This document shows, piece by piece, positions 19,191 to 28,925 of a stretch of DNA of 64,000 nucleotides. The notes beneath the pieces were generated by a model. It saw only the letters and a program-made list of their open reading frames with translations. It had not been told where the DNA came from and did no database searches. Position numbers and translations under genes: made by a program. Source of the DNA: Candidatus Zhuqueibacterota bacterium (GTDB lineage Bacteria > Zhuqueibacterota > Zhuqueibacteria > Oleimicrobiales > Geothermoviventaceae); NCBI GenBank assembly GCA_034506315.1, contig JAPDPT010000003.1:10878-74877 (forward strand), read 5' to 3'. How positions within the stretch are numbered: the first letter of the stretch is position 1; every line of letters starts with the position of its first letter.

Positions 19191-22100
19191 TCACGACAGG
19201 CGCTCCTCGTGCGCCTGGAGCCGGGAGGCGATTTCGGGCCGCTTGTACCGGATCCGGATCCGCGCATGCACCCATCCGTCCTGCTCATACAGTCGGAAGG
19301 AGTGTCGGTTCCTGAACATGATTTCCAGGCGCTGGCGAATGTTCTGCAGCGAGGTGCCGTGGAGGCCCAGGTCACCGTCCGTTCCGGTCTCCTTGGGGGA
19401 GAGGAGGCGCCCCGTGTTGGACACGTCAATGGACAGGATCCCTCTTCGGTAGCGCACTACGACGGCCACCTTCAGTGGGATCGGGCCCGTCTTCATCCCG
19501 TAGCGGATGGCGTTTTCCACCAGCGGCTGGAAGGTGAAGGCGGGGATGAGGCATTGGCGGGCAGCGTCGTCGATCTCGAAGCGGACGTCGAGGGAGTCGC
19601 CGTAACGGATTTTCTCAATGTGCAGGTAGTTGTTCAGGGCGTTGAGTTCCTCCTCGAGGGAAGCGTACAGCTTGTTGAAGTTCATGAGCGTGTAGCGGAA
19701 GAACTCGGAGAGCTCGGTGATCATTTGCCAGGCGCGGTCCTTGTCGATGTGGATCATCGAACGGATGGAGTTGTGGGCGTTGAAGAGGAAGTGCGGGTTC
19801 ATCTGGTACCGCAGCAGCTTGAGCTGCGCCTCGTTGGCCAGGGCCATTGCCTTCAGGGCGTTGCGCTTCTGCTTCTGGTAGTCCATGAAGTGGTAGGCGA
19901 GGACTCCCAGAATAAGGACCAAGAGCAGGCGGAACCACCAGGTCTGCCAGAAGGGGGGCAAAATCCGAATGCGCACCGCTACCCCCTGGTCGTTCCAGCG
20001 GCCGTCGTTGTTCGCGGCCCTCACGCGGAAGGTGTACGTCCCCGGATTCAGGTTTGTATACACCGCGAAGCGGCGGTTTCCCGCCCAGATCCAATCCTGG
20101 TCGAACCCCTCCATCTTGTAGGCATATTGATTCTGCTCGCTATTGGCGTAATTCAGGGCTGCGAACTCGAACGAGAACACGGAGTGGCGGTACGAAAGGA
20201 CAAGCGTGCTGGTCTGACTGATGTGCTGCCGGAGGATGGGCTCCTTGCCCCCGACTAAGACCGGCCGGTTGAAGATGCGGAAATCCGTGATCACCACGGG
20301 CGGGACGTACGCGTTTTCGCGGATGCTGTCCGGGTGAAAGATGGTTACGCCGTTGATCCCTCCGAAGAGCATCTCGCCCCGGCGCGTACGGCAATAGGCA
20401 TTGTAATTGAACTGATCGCTTGCCAGGCCGGCCTCTCGACCGTAGTTCTTGCACTGACCCGTGCGGGGATCAAAGCGGGAGAGGCCGTTGGTTGTGCTCA
20501 ACCATAGGAAGCCGTGGTTGTCTTCTAAGATGCCGTACACGGTGTTGCTGGGAAGGCCGTCCTTTCGGGTATAATTGCGGAGCACCTGCCGGGTCGAATC
20601 GAGGCAGTAAAGCCCTGCCCCCACGGTCCCGAACCAGAGCCTGCCCCGAGAATCCTCGACGATGCAGCGCGTGTCCACGTTGCCGGTTCGGTCGCCCAGT
20701 AGGTACAGGCGGATCGCGCCGGTGCGTTTGTTCAGACACGCCACGCGGTTGTTTCCAGATCCGACCCAGATGGCTCCCTGGCGATCCTCGCAGAGGGCGA
20801 GGATATTCTCGAAGCCGGGGATGCTGTCATTAGGCAGGACGCGCTCAATCTTCTCGATGCGTGGCCCTCGCGCCCGCACAAGGTCGAGTCCACCACCGTA
20901 CGTGCCGACCCAGATGGCTCCCTCGCGATCCTCGAGTAAGGCCATTACGTGATTGGCCGAAAGGCCAGGGCGCCCCGCACGTCCGGCAGATAGGTGCGTG
21001 AATCTCGTCCGGCTGGGATCGAGGATGTTCAGCCCTCCTCCGTAGGTGCCGATCCACAGGTTCCCGTGGCGGTCCTCAAGGAGGGCCTTGATGTTGTTGA
21101 CGCTGAGGCTGTTCCTCCTCTGAGGGTGGCGCGTGTAGTAGGTGAAAAGGCCCGTAGTGCGGTCCAAGTAGTTCAGTCCGCCGTGCTCCGTGCCAAACCA
21201 GAGATTGCCTTGGCGATCTTCCAGGAGGGCGTAGACCGTCCCGTCGTTGAGGCATCTGGGATTGTTCGCTTCGGCCCGGAAGCGGTAGAAAGGCAGATCG
21301 AAACTCAGGTAGCTGACGCCGCCGCGCGTCCCAATCCAAAGGTCTCCCTTCCTGTCCTTGAACAGGGTCAGGACGGAGTTGTGGGCGAGGCTCGCGGGGT
21401 CACTTGGGTTGTGGTTGTAGCGGACGAACTGTCCCGTGCGCGGATTGAAGCGGTAGAGGCCGCTTCGGTTGCCCACCCAGAGGTTTCCGCGGCCATCGTC
21501 CAGAATCGCCCGGATGGTGGTGCTCTCCGGATCGTCGGGATCAGGGTGGTATTGGTGGAAGCGCATGGTTCGCCGGTCAAGGAGGTTGAGGCCTCCGTAG
21601 GCGGTGCCAATCCAGAGACGGCCCCGGGTGTCCACGTGCAGCGAGTAGATGGCGTTGTCGCCGATGCTGGAGGGGTCGCCATCGCGGTGGCGGAAGAAGG
21701 TCCACTGCTGGGTGCGACGGTCGAAGAGGGCAAGCCCGGCGGCGGCAGTGCCTACCCATAGGCGTCCGTCGGGGTCTTCGCAGAGCGCCAGGACTTCCCG
21801 CGTGGGCACTTCCTTGCCTACGGGAAGCGGGTAATGGGCGATTTCTCCGGTGTCGGGGTTCAAGCGGTCCAGCCCATTTTCCGTTGCCAGCCACAGGTTG
21901 CCCTCGCGGTCTTCGAGGATGGCATTCACATTCTTACCCCCGAGGCTCACGGGCGACGTGGAATCCGCGCTGAAATGCGTGAACGTCTCGGTCCCGCGAT
22001 CAAAAAGGTTCAGGCCGCCGGCTTCGGTCCCAATCCACAACCTCCCGTGGCTATCCTCAAAAATGCAGCGGACGAGGTTTGCGGAGAGGCTCCCAGGTGA

Positions 22101-22340
22101 CTCTGGGTCCCATTGAAAGACCTTGAACTCGTAGGCGTCGAATCGATTCAGTCCCTCATTGGTGCCAAACCACATGAAGCCCTGGCTGTCCTGGTAAATG
22201 CAGTTGACCTTGCTGTGGGAGAGTCCGTGTTCGACGGAGAAGTTGCGGAAATGGGGGCTTGGCTCTTGGGCGAGAAGCACGGTGCCGGAGAGGAAAGCGA
22301 TTAGCCCCGCGCCCTTCGACCAAACTCCTCGGACACGCAT
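19191..22340 (-). CDS. periplasmic beta-propeller / Y_Y_Y ligand-sensor fused to LytS-type histidine kinase (His_kinase PF06580-like + HATPase)
   Basis: Signal peptide, then about 13 two-component-regulator-propeller repeats (G.LWFGT..GL..FD) and a Y_Y_Y domain (GTYTFRVRAANNDGRWN). One TM follows, then the LytS-type H-region NPHFLFNAHNSIRSMI and QPLVENAIRYG. Convergent with the LytTR RR. Confidence 0.85.
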   Translation of the reverse strand: MRVRGVWSKGAGLIAFLSGTVLLAQEPSPHFRNFSVEHGLSHSKVNCIYQDSQGFMWFGTNEGLNRFDAYEFKVFQWDPESPGSLSANLVRCIFEDSHGRLWIGTEAGGLNLFDRGTETFTHFSADSTSPVSLGGKNVNAILEDREGNLWLATENGLDRLNPDTGEIAHYPLPVGKEVPTREVLALCEDPDGRLWVGTAAAGLALFDRRTQQWTFFRHRDGDPSSIGDNAIYSLHVDTRGRLWIGTAYGGLNLLDRRTMRFHQYHPDPDDPESTTIRAILDDGRGNLWVGNRSGLYRFNPRTGQFVRYNHNPSDPASLAHNSVLTLFKDRKGDLWIGTRGGVSYLSFDLPFYRFRAEANNPRCLNDGTVYALLEDRQGNLWFGTEHGGLNYLDRTTGLFTYYTRHPQRRNSLSVNNIKALLEDRHGNLWIGTYGGGLNILDPSRTRFTHLSAGRAGRPGLSANHVMALLEDREGAIWVGTYGGGLDLVRARGPRIEKIERVLPNDSIPGFENILALCEDRQGAIWVGSGNNRVACLNKRTGAIRLYLLGDRTGNVDTRCIVEDSRGRLWFGTVGAGLYCLDSTRQVLRNYTRKDGLPSNTVYGILEDNHGFLWLSTTNGLSRFDPRTGQCKNYGREAGLASDQFNYNAYCRTRRGEMLFGGINGVTIFHPDSIRENAYVPPVVITDFRIFNRPVLVGGKEPILRQHISQTSTLVLSYRHSVFSFEFAALNYANSEQNQYAYKMEGFDQDWIWAGNRRFAVYTNLNPGTYTFRVRAANNDGRWNDQGVAVRIRILPPFWQTWWFRLLLVLILGVLAYHFMDYQKQKRNALKAMALANEAQLKLLRYQMNPHFLFNAHNSIRSMIHIDKDRAWQMITELSEFFRYTLMNFNKLYASLEEELNALNNYLHIEKIRYGDSLDVRFEIDDAARQCLIPAFTFQPLVENAIRYGMKTGPIPLKVAVVVRYRRGILSIDVSNTGRLLSPKETGTDGDLGLHGTSLQNIRQRLEIMFRNRHSFRLYEQDGWVHARIRIRYKRPEIASRLQAHEERLS

Positions 22341-22729
22341 GGCAGCGACTCCATTCGGACTGGGGAAGCCCTTGACCTGGAGCCTCACGCCTTGCAAATT
22401 AGAATGTCGCGGGACTATGTCAAGGCCTTCCTTGGGGTGGTGTGCGAAGCCCACGCTCTGCAGAGGTCACCAAGAAGCCGGAGGAAGGTGCTATCTACCA
22501 CTTAAAGGCGCCCCGTGCCGCTCGCATTCCTATTTTGCCGCTCACATAATCCCCCTTGCGCGGGAGGGGGGCGGATATAATGTTAGCGCGGGTAGGAGGC
22601 TGGGAGTGCGGAATTCACGCACGAGCGGGGGCAAAAATACCGCAGAGGATCAGCAGCGATCATACCAGGATAAGGGGCAGGAGGATGAGAGGTAGCGTTC
22701 GGAAGATCGGCAGGATTGGAGAGGCCACG

Positions 22730-25624
22730 ATGAGCCGGAGGGTCGGGCCGCGAGCCTTCACGCTGCTGGCATGGTTCCTCGCAGGGGGCATCGCTGCATT
22801 TCCCCTTGGAGTCGGCTTAGCTCAGAGCGTGGGGAAGATCGCCGGTACCGTACGGGACGCCCAGACGGGTGAACCCCTGCCGGGTGCCAACGTGGTGATT
22901 GTGGGGACCACCATGGGTGCCGCCGCCGACGAACAGGGCGACTATTTCATTCTGAGCGTCCCGCCCGGTCGCTACGAGGTCCGAGCCTCGATGATGGGCT
23001 ACGAGTCGGTGTCGGTGGTCGATGTGATCGTGAACGCGGGCAGAACAACCCGCGTCGATTTCCGCCTCGCCCAGAGGGTGTTAGAACTGCGCGAAGTAGT
23101 CATTCAGGCCGTCCGCCCCGATGTGGAGCGTGATAAGACATCAACCAGCGCCATCCTGCGTTTCGACGAAGTGGAGATGCTACCTGGGGTTCGGAACATT
23201 GCCGACGTCATTAACCTCACAGCCGACGTGGTGGACGGTCACTTCCGCGGCGGCCGTACAGGGGAGGAGTATTACATCCTCCAGGGACTGGGCATCGTGA
23301 ACCCTCTGGACCGCTCGGCTGCCTTCCTGCCCATCATGAGCGCGGTAGAGGAGGTGGAGGTCATCACGAGCGGATTCGGCGCGCAATACGGCAATGCCCA
23401 GTCGGGCGTGGTGAACATCTCCATGAAGGAGGGGGACCCGCGAACGTGGCGGACGCGCGTGGAGCTCCGTGCGCGCGCACCGGGGCGCAAGCACTTCGGC
23501 CCCAGCGTCTACGATCCGGCGGCCAACGTTTACCTACAACTCCTGCTACTGGATGAGACCTGGTTGCGCGGGGATCCGAGCTCCGACCTCCGCCAGCCCT
23601 ACTACGGCTCAATGGGCTCAGGCCTGACCAACTATTTCAAGGGAGACACTCTTATCCAGATGGCGGTGGCTAAGGCGCTGTGGCTGCAGAGCCGCCGCGA
23701 TATCGGGCGCGATTATGGGGAAGAGATCGACCACTCGGTAGAGGTCGCCACCGGCGGGCCCATCAACAATCGCCTGCGGATGTTTGTGGCAGCGCGCGCC
23801 AATCGCGACTGGCCGACATTCCCGACCGAGAGGCCGAACGCTGAGTATCAGGCCATGGGCAACGTGGTCGCGGACCTGGGCGGTGCGGCGACCCTGCGGG
23901 TCAGCGGGGGCCTCTCCCACCAGCGAGGAAACATCTTCCCCGGCTCGAACAGCGTCAGCGGATACCAGCGTTGGCTCTGGGATCGGATCACGGGGATCCA
24001 GCAGAGAAAGAGGGTCAATGCCCAGCTCGGCATGCGCTTCACGAAGATGTTCAGCCCGAGCGCCTACCTGGAGCTCAAGCTGAATTCCCTCTTCACCAAC
24101 AATTACCAAGGCTCGACCCCTGTGCCGAACGTGTTGCCCGATACGGTAGACGTGAACTGGGTGGTAGGGACCATCGCCTTTCCGAACAACAATTCGCCGG
24201 ACCTGTTGAACTACCAGCTGGGTTACGACAATTTCCTGGACCAGAAGACGCGTACGATCTCCCTGGAAGGTTCCTTCACCGATCAGATCACAAAGAGTCA
24301 CCTTCTGAGCGCGGGTGTTCAGGTCAACACCTATCGGATCGATGTGTCCAATTTCCTGGGCATTCGGTCCACCCGCCAATTGGAGCGCTACAAGGCCCAT
24401 CCATTTGAGGCGGCCGTCTACGTTCAGGACAAGATGGAATTCGAGGGGATGATCGCCAACGTGGGCTTGCGCTACGATCTGTGGTACGCGGGCACGGAAT
24501 ACTACACTGACCTTTACACGCCGTTCGGTGACCCGGACGCCCACGGACGCTTCGACCCGTCCAAAGGCAAGACGGAGAAGGCGCCCGTCTACATGCGATT
24601 GCAGCCACGACTCGGCATTTCCTTCCCCGTCTCGGTGGGTACGGTGTTCCATCTCAATTACGGTGCCTTCATGCAGAGGCCTGCGTTCCAGTACATCGTC
24701 TCCCGGAGGCTGGGCCAGCGCCTCAACGACCCAGTGATCCTGGGCAATCCGAAGCTGGAGCCTGAGACGACCAATAGCTACGATGTGGGAGTGGTCCAAT
24801 CTCTTGGTCAGGGCTTCACCCTGGACGTGAGCGGCTACTACAAGGACGTGAAGAATCTGGTCCAGCAGGCGAACTTTATCGATCAGAGAGCCGGCTATCA
24901 GGTGAGCTCCTATTTCAACCTCGATTACGCGGATATCCGCGGCTTCCGCATCGTGCTGAGCAAGCGGAGAGGAGCCCTCACCGGCTCGATCAACTATCAG
25001 TACGGGTACGCGACGGGTAAGAGCGCAACGGCTACGGCCGCCACGCCGATTTTCAACCGGGATACGAGCAATGTGGTCACCACCGACCTCACGAACGTGC
25101 CGACGCGGGACATCATCCTGGATTTCGATCGGACGCACAATCTGGTGGTGGCTCTTTCCTACGCCTTCGGCAGGGATTTCGGCCCCCAGGTGTTGGGTAC
25201 GCGACCGCTGGCCGACCTCAACGTCTCTGCCTACTCCACGGTCCGGAGCGGCCGGCCCTATACTTCCCCGTTCGACATTCGCCTCATCAACGTGAAGCGG
25301 GCCCCCGCCGAGTACAACACGGATCTGCGGATCACCAAGATCGTGCGCAAGTTCCTCGGTGTACAGGCCCGTTTCTACTGTGAGGTCTACAACGTCTTCA
25401 ACAACAAGATCCTGAACTACGACTATCTCTTCCAGAGGCCCACGGCGACCAACCCGAACCTGCCGCTTCAGTACTACGAGAAATACCCGATTGACGACAA
25501 GCGGAATGGCGTCCGTTACTGGTGGGACAAGGGGAGGCAGGGTCCGTTTGCGATCGACCAGTCCTTCCTGATTTACGACAATCAACCCCGCTCCTTCCAG
25601 TTCGGTGTGGTATTCGAGTTCTAA
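22730..25624 (+). CDS. TonB-dependent outer-membrane receptor, SusC/RagA-like (CarbopepD_reg + plug + barrel)
   Basis: Signal peptide, then a carboxypeptidase-regulatory-like domain (GKIAGTVRDAQTGEPLPGANVVIVGT...GRYEVRASMMGYE), a plug region and a C-terminal barrel ending FGVVFEF. Confidence 0.85.
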   Translation: MSRRVGPRAFTLLAWFLAGGIAAFPLGVGLAQSVGKIAGTVRDAQTGEPLPGANVVIVGTTMGAAADEQGDYFILSVPPGRYEVRASMMGYESVSVVDVIVNAGRTTRVDFRLAQRVLELREVVIQAVRPDVERDKTSTSAILRFDEVEMLPGVRNIADVINLTADVVDGHFRGGRTGEEYYILQGLGIVNPLDRSAAFLPIMSAVEEVEVITSGFGAQYGNAQSGVVNISMKEGDPRTWRTRVELRARAPGRKHFGPSVYDPAANVYLQLLLLDETWLRGDPSSDLRQPYYGSMGSGLTNYFKGDTLIQMAVAKALWLQSRRDIGRDYGEEIDHSVEVATGGPINNRLRMFVAARANRDWPTFPTERPNAEYQAMGNVVADLGGAATLRVSGGLSHQRGNIFPGSNSVSGYQRWLWDRITGIQQRKRVNAQLGMRFTKMFSPSAYLELKLNSLFTNNYQGSTPVPNVLPDTVDVNWVVGTIAFPNNNSPDLLNYQLGYDNFLDQKTRTISLEGSFTDQITKSHLLSAGVQVNTYRIDVSNFLGIRSTRQLERYKAHPFEAAVYVQDKMEFEGMIANVGLRYDLWYAGTEYYTDLYTPFGDPDAHGRFDPSKGKTEKAPVYMRLQPRLGISFPVSVGTVFHLNYGAFMQRPAFQYIVSRRLGQRLNDPVILGNPKLEPETTNSYDVGVVQSLGQGFTLDVSGYYKDVKNLVQQANFIDQRAGYQVSSYFNLDYADIRGFRIVLSKRRGALTGSINYQYGYATGKSATATAATPIFNRDTSNVVTTDLTNVPTRDIILDFDRTHNLVVALSYAFGRDFGPQVLGTRPLADLNVSAYSTVRSGRPYTSPFDIRLINVKRAPAEYNTDLRITKIVRKFLGVQARFYCEVYNVFNNKILNYDYLFQRPTATNPNLPLQYYEKYPIDDKRNGVRYWWDKGRQGPFAIDQSFLIYDNQPRSFQFGVVFEF

Positions 25625-25636
25625 GGAGCCTGGCCT

Positions 25637-27862
25637 ATGTGGCGGAGAAGGAATGCTGCGGTTGTGCTTGTCGGTCTGCTTGCGGGGATAGCCTCGACGG
25701 CCACCAGTCAGCAGCGGGACTGGAGGGTCCACACTCGCGGCATGCTGCATCAGACGGTTTTCAATACGGGGGAGCTCGGACGGGCCTATAGCGCCGGAGG
25801 CACCATCCAGGTCGGCATGCCCTCGATGGAATGGCCCCCCTATTCCAACATGGTGCTCGACCGTCGGAACTACCCCGGTCAGCACAATTCCTTTGGAAGC
25901 GGGATCTGGTTGGCCGGTACACGTCCCAGCGGTCGGAAGTACGCCTTTTGCGGCGCAGTTTCCAACGCCAGTGGTGATCCGGTTCCGGTGGTGGGCGTCT
26001 ACAGCATCCCCATTCGGATTGAGAGGATTGAGAATTTCCCCGTGCTGGCCACTGGGGAGCTGAATCCGAACTTCAACCCCGACGAGGCGGAGGAGATCAT
26101 CATCTCCGAGTGGGACACTCCGGTGGGCGTTCGGGTGACCCGGACAAGCCGGGCGTGGAGCTATCCTGGCTACAACAACTTCATCATCTACGAGTACGAG
26201 TTCAAGAACGTGAGCCCGGACACCATTACGGACCTTTTCATCACCTTCGCCTGTTCTTTTGCTCCGTCCATGTTCGGCTACCAGCGGAACCACGGGAATT
26301 GGACCGAAAGCGCCTTCCGGGGGCAGCCCCCGGCTGGTCTCGGCGACCATTTCGCTCGCTTCGATCTGCGCCGCTGGCTGAGCTACAACCACGAGCGAGA
26401 CGGCCTTCCCGACCCGGTCTTCTTCGAGGAGTGGTCTAAGCCAGGGGACCGCGGGGGGTTGAACTCACCCCAGGCTGTGGGGATCATGGTTCTGCACTAC
26501 GACTACGAGCACCTGGCTCGGAAGGACCAGACGAAGCAGGTTTTCCTGGCCACCACAGACAGCGCCGGCATGTGGGACGAGAACGGCAAGGCCAAGCAGC
26601 CGTTCCTCCTCCGATACGAGAACGGCAACCTTCCCGAAACGAAGATCGGAACGTGGATGGATCCAACCCTGCAGCGGAAGACGGCGATCTGGCAAGGGTC
26701 AAAAGACTCCTCCATCTTCTGCGGGCAGTTCGATCCCGAGCTCTGGCCTTACTGGAAGGGGCGCACAAAAGGGTCGGTCAACCTTTCCTGGTGGCAGCCG
26801 GTGAACCGCGCCTATGGGTTCTACCCCTACATCCTCCCGCCGGGGGAGACCATCCGCTTTGCCGTAGCGGAGGTGGTCGGGTATGGTCCGGGCGTAGCGG
26901 GCGACAGCGTTTACAAGGATCTGGGCGGGAACATCCGGGCTGGCGTGGACGCGGGCTTCTACTTCCATCCAGTGCCGAGCTGGTATAAGAAGCTCCGTTA
27001 CGACTACCTGGGAACCAAGGACTACATTGGCAGCGACTATCTCCAAACCCACCCCCTACCTTGGTACGTGACGCCTGGCGTGGTCTCGATCCGGGACGTG
27101 GCGGACCGCGCCATTCAGATCTACACGGGACGCCCGCTAATGAAGTACGACACCTTGCAGTACAAGCCGGAGGAGGCCCCGCCCAGAGGCCGCTACGACA
27201 CCGTGCCGATCCCCTTCCCGGCCCCGGCGATCCGGGTCGAGAATACCCACGCCGCCGCTAACCGGATTGTGTGGGGCCCGGAGGTGGAGAACTTCACCTG
27301 TCCGAGACTGCGAGCACCCCTGAGTCATTACCTCGTGCTGCGCGCACCGCATCCCCTGGGGCCGTGGACCGTGATCGACTCGGTCGGAATTCGCGATCCT
27401 CGGTACTTCCGGGACGGTCAGTACGCGGTCCTGGATCCTTATAGCAATTTGGGGGACAACGTTGCTTACGCCGTGGTCTCGGTGGATGAGCTGGGCGGAA
27501 GAAGCGGGATGACCAACCTGACCATCCACGAGACCCAGGCGCCACCCTCGGAAAGGCTGGGCAAGGTTTACGTGGTGCCCAATCCGCTGATCGTGACGAG
27601 CGGGCTTACGGGCTCGGACCCCGCCGGGGAGATTGGTGACCGGATCCAGTTCATGGGTCTTACCAAGCGCTGCGTAATCCGTATCTTCTCGTATACCGGA
27701 CAGCTTGTAATGACCATCCGGCATGAGCGAGAGACCTACGGCAATCCGTGGTATCAACTGAGCGTGAACAATCAGCTGATCGCCTCGGGGGTGTACTACT
27801 TCGTGGTGGAAGATCTCGACACGGGCGAGCGAGCCAGCGGCAAGTTCGTGGTGATCCACTAA
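25637..27862 (+). CDS. uncharacterised secreted protein with divergent T9SS-type C-terminal sorting domain
   Basis: Signal peptide with no lipobox and an AAGGAG RBS; no recognisable catalytic or SusD-like motifs. The last ~90 aa follow the T9SS CTD pattern (VYVVPNPLIV...IRIFSYTGQLV...ASGVYYFVVED...GKFVVIH). Confidence 0.55.
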   Translation: MWRRRNAAVVLVGLLAGIASTATSQQRDWRVHTRGMLHQTVFNTGELGRAYSAGGTIQVGMPSMEWPPYSNMVLDRRNYPGQHNSFGSGIWLAGTRPSGRKYAFCGAVSNASGDPVPVVGVYSIPIRIERIENFPVLATGELNPNFNPDEAEEIIISEWDTPVGVRVTRTSRAWSYPGYNNFIIYEYEFKNVSPDTITDLFITFACSFAPSMFGYQRNHGNWTESAFRGQPPAGLGDHFARFDLRRWLSYNHERDGLPDPVFFEEWSKPGDRGGLNSPQAVGIMVLHYDYEHLARKDQTKQVFLATTDSAGMWDENGKAKQPFLLRYENGNLPETKIGTWMDPTLQRKTAIWQGSKDSSIFCGQFDPELWPYWKGRTKGSVNLSWWQPVNRAYGFYPYILPPGETIRFAVAEVVGYGPGVAGDSVYKDLGGNIRAGVDAGFYFHPVPSWYKKLRYDYLGTKDYIGSDYLQTHPLPWYVTPGVVSIRDVADRAIQIYTGRPLMKYDTLQYKPEEAPPRGRYDTVPIPFPAPAIRVENTHAAANRIVWGPEVENFTCPRLRAPLSHYLVLRAPHPLGPWTVIDSVGIRDPRYFRDGQYAVLDPYSNLGDNVAYAVVSVDELGGRSGMTNLTIHETQAPPSERLGKVYVVPNPLIVTSGLTGSDPAGEIGDRIQFMGLTKRCVIRIFSYTGQLVMTIRHERETYGNPWYQLSVNNQLIASGVYYFVVEDLDTGERASGKFVVIH

Positions 27863-27881
27863 CGCAAACGGGCTGACGGCT

Positions 27882-28925
27882 ATGGGTGCTTCGGCGGAAA
27901 CCAAACGAGTGCTTGTGCTCATGGTTGCCCTGGGCCTGGTGGCGACGCACTCGGCCCTGGGGCAAAAGGTGGGTAGCACCTCCATGCAATTCCTAAAGGT
28001 GGTGCCGTCGGCGCGCGGTGCCGCCCTTGGCGAGGCCTACTCGGTCTGGGCAACAGGCGCAGAGGCCATCTTCTGGAACCCTGCGGGCCTGTCCAAGCTG
28101 GAGGGGATGGAGTTCACAACCACCTACGTCGATTGGCTCTTTGACGCTCAACAAGGGGCGCTGGCCATCGCCAAGTCCTTCCAGGGGATGGGGACGATTG
28201 GCCTCCAGCTACAGTACGCCGACTTCGGCGAGTTCGAGGAGACAAGCACGGCGCGACCGTACATCAACGACCCAGAGCACCCCGGATTTACCGGGCGCAC
28301 CTTCCGCCCGTTCGGCTGTGTCCTGGGGGCCACTTACGCTCGCGACCTCACCGACAAGTTCTCGGTGGGCATCGGGATGAAGTACGCGTACCAGTCCCTG
28401 TTCAGCGAACGCGAAGTGACTGCGATGGTCCGGCAGGGGGTCTACGAGCAGGTGAAGACCTGGGCGGGTGGGCTCCTTTTCGATTTCGGGATCCGCTACA
28501 ATACCGGTTACCGGACGATCCACATCGGCTCTTCGGTGCAGAACTTTGGTGCCAACGTGAAGTTTGCCAAGGAAGCTCACCCTGTACCGCTGCTTTTCCG
28601 CTTCGGCGTCGGTGCCGACCTGCTCGGCCCCCATGCGCTCCTTGTGCCAGGTGAAGGGGAACACCGTTTAGGGATGGTCTTCGACATCTTCCACCCCAAT
28701 GACTACGACCAGCAGATGCACTTGGGAGCTGAGTACGAGTTCCGGGGACTGCTTGCCCTGCGGGCAGGCTACAAGTTCAACTACGACTTTGACGGCCTCA
28801 CTCTTGGGGCCGGAATCAAGTACGCGGTGGACGGCCTGCGCGTGCGGCTCGACTGGAGCTACGGCGACATGGGAACCTATCTGGGCAACGTGCAACGGAT
28901 AAGCGTGGGATTGACTCTGCCATGA
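27882..28925 (+). CDS. PorV/PorQ-family outer-membrane beta-barrel protein (T9SS cargo shuttle family)
   Basis: After the signal peptide the family signature reads FLKVVPSARGAALGEAYSVWATGAEAIFWNPAGL (pattern FL.I.PdARs.AMGd..vA...dA...WNPA). The 347-aa size matches PorQ-like proteins. Confidence 0.7.
   Translation: MGASAETKRVLVLMVALGLVATHSALGQKVGSTSMQFLKVVPSARGAALGEAYSVWATGAEAIFWNPAGLSKLEGMEFTTTYVDWLFDAQQGALAIAKSFQGMGTIGLQLQYADFGEFEETSTARPYINDPEHPGFTGRTFRPFGCVLGATYARDLTDKFSVGIGMKYAYQSLFSEREVTAMVRQGVYEQVKTWAGGLLFDFGIRYNTGYRTIHIGSSVQNFGANVKFAKEAHPVPLLFRFGVGADLLGPHALLVPGEGEHRLGMVFDIFHPNDYDQQMHLGAEYEFRGLLALRAGYKFNYDFDGLTLGAGIKYAVDGLRVRLDWSYGDMGTYLGNVQRISVGLTLP

Noticed and set aside
23618-26392. 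Long antisense ORFs (for example 898-2196, 5246-6748, 16911-18434, 23618-26392 of 924 aa, 32579-34111, 38792-40819, 42383-43975, 47810-49006, 49058-50242)
   Set aside because: All lie antisense to, or spanning, well-supported genes in a 62% GC sequence, where stop-free antisense frames are expected. Their translations are low-complexity R/G/P/A-rich with no family motifs.
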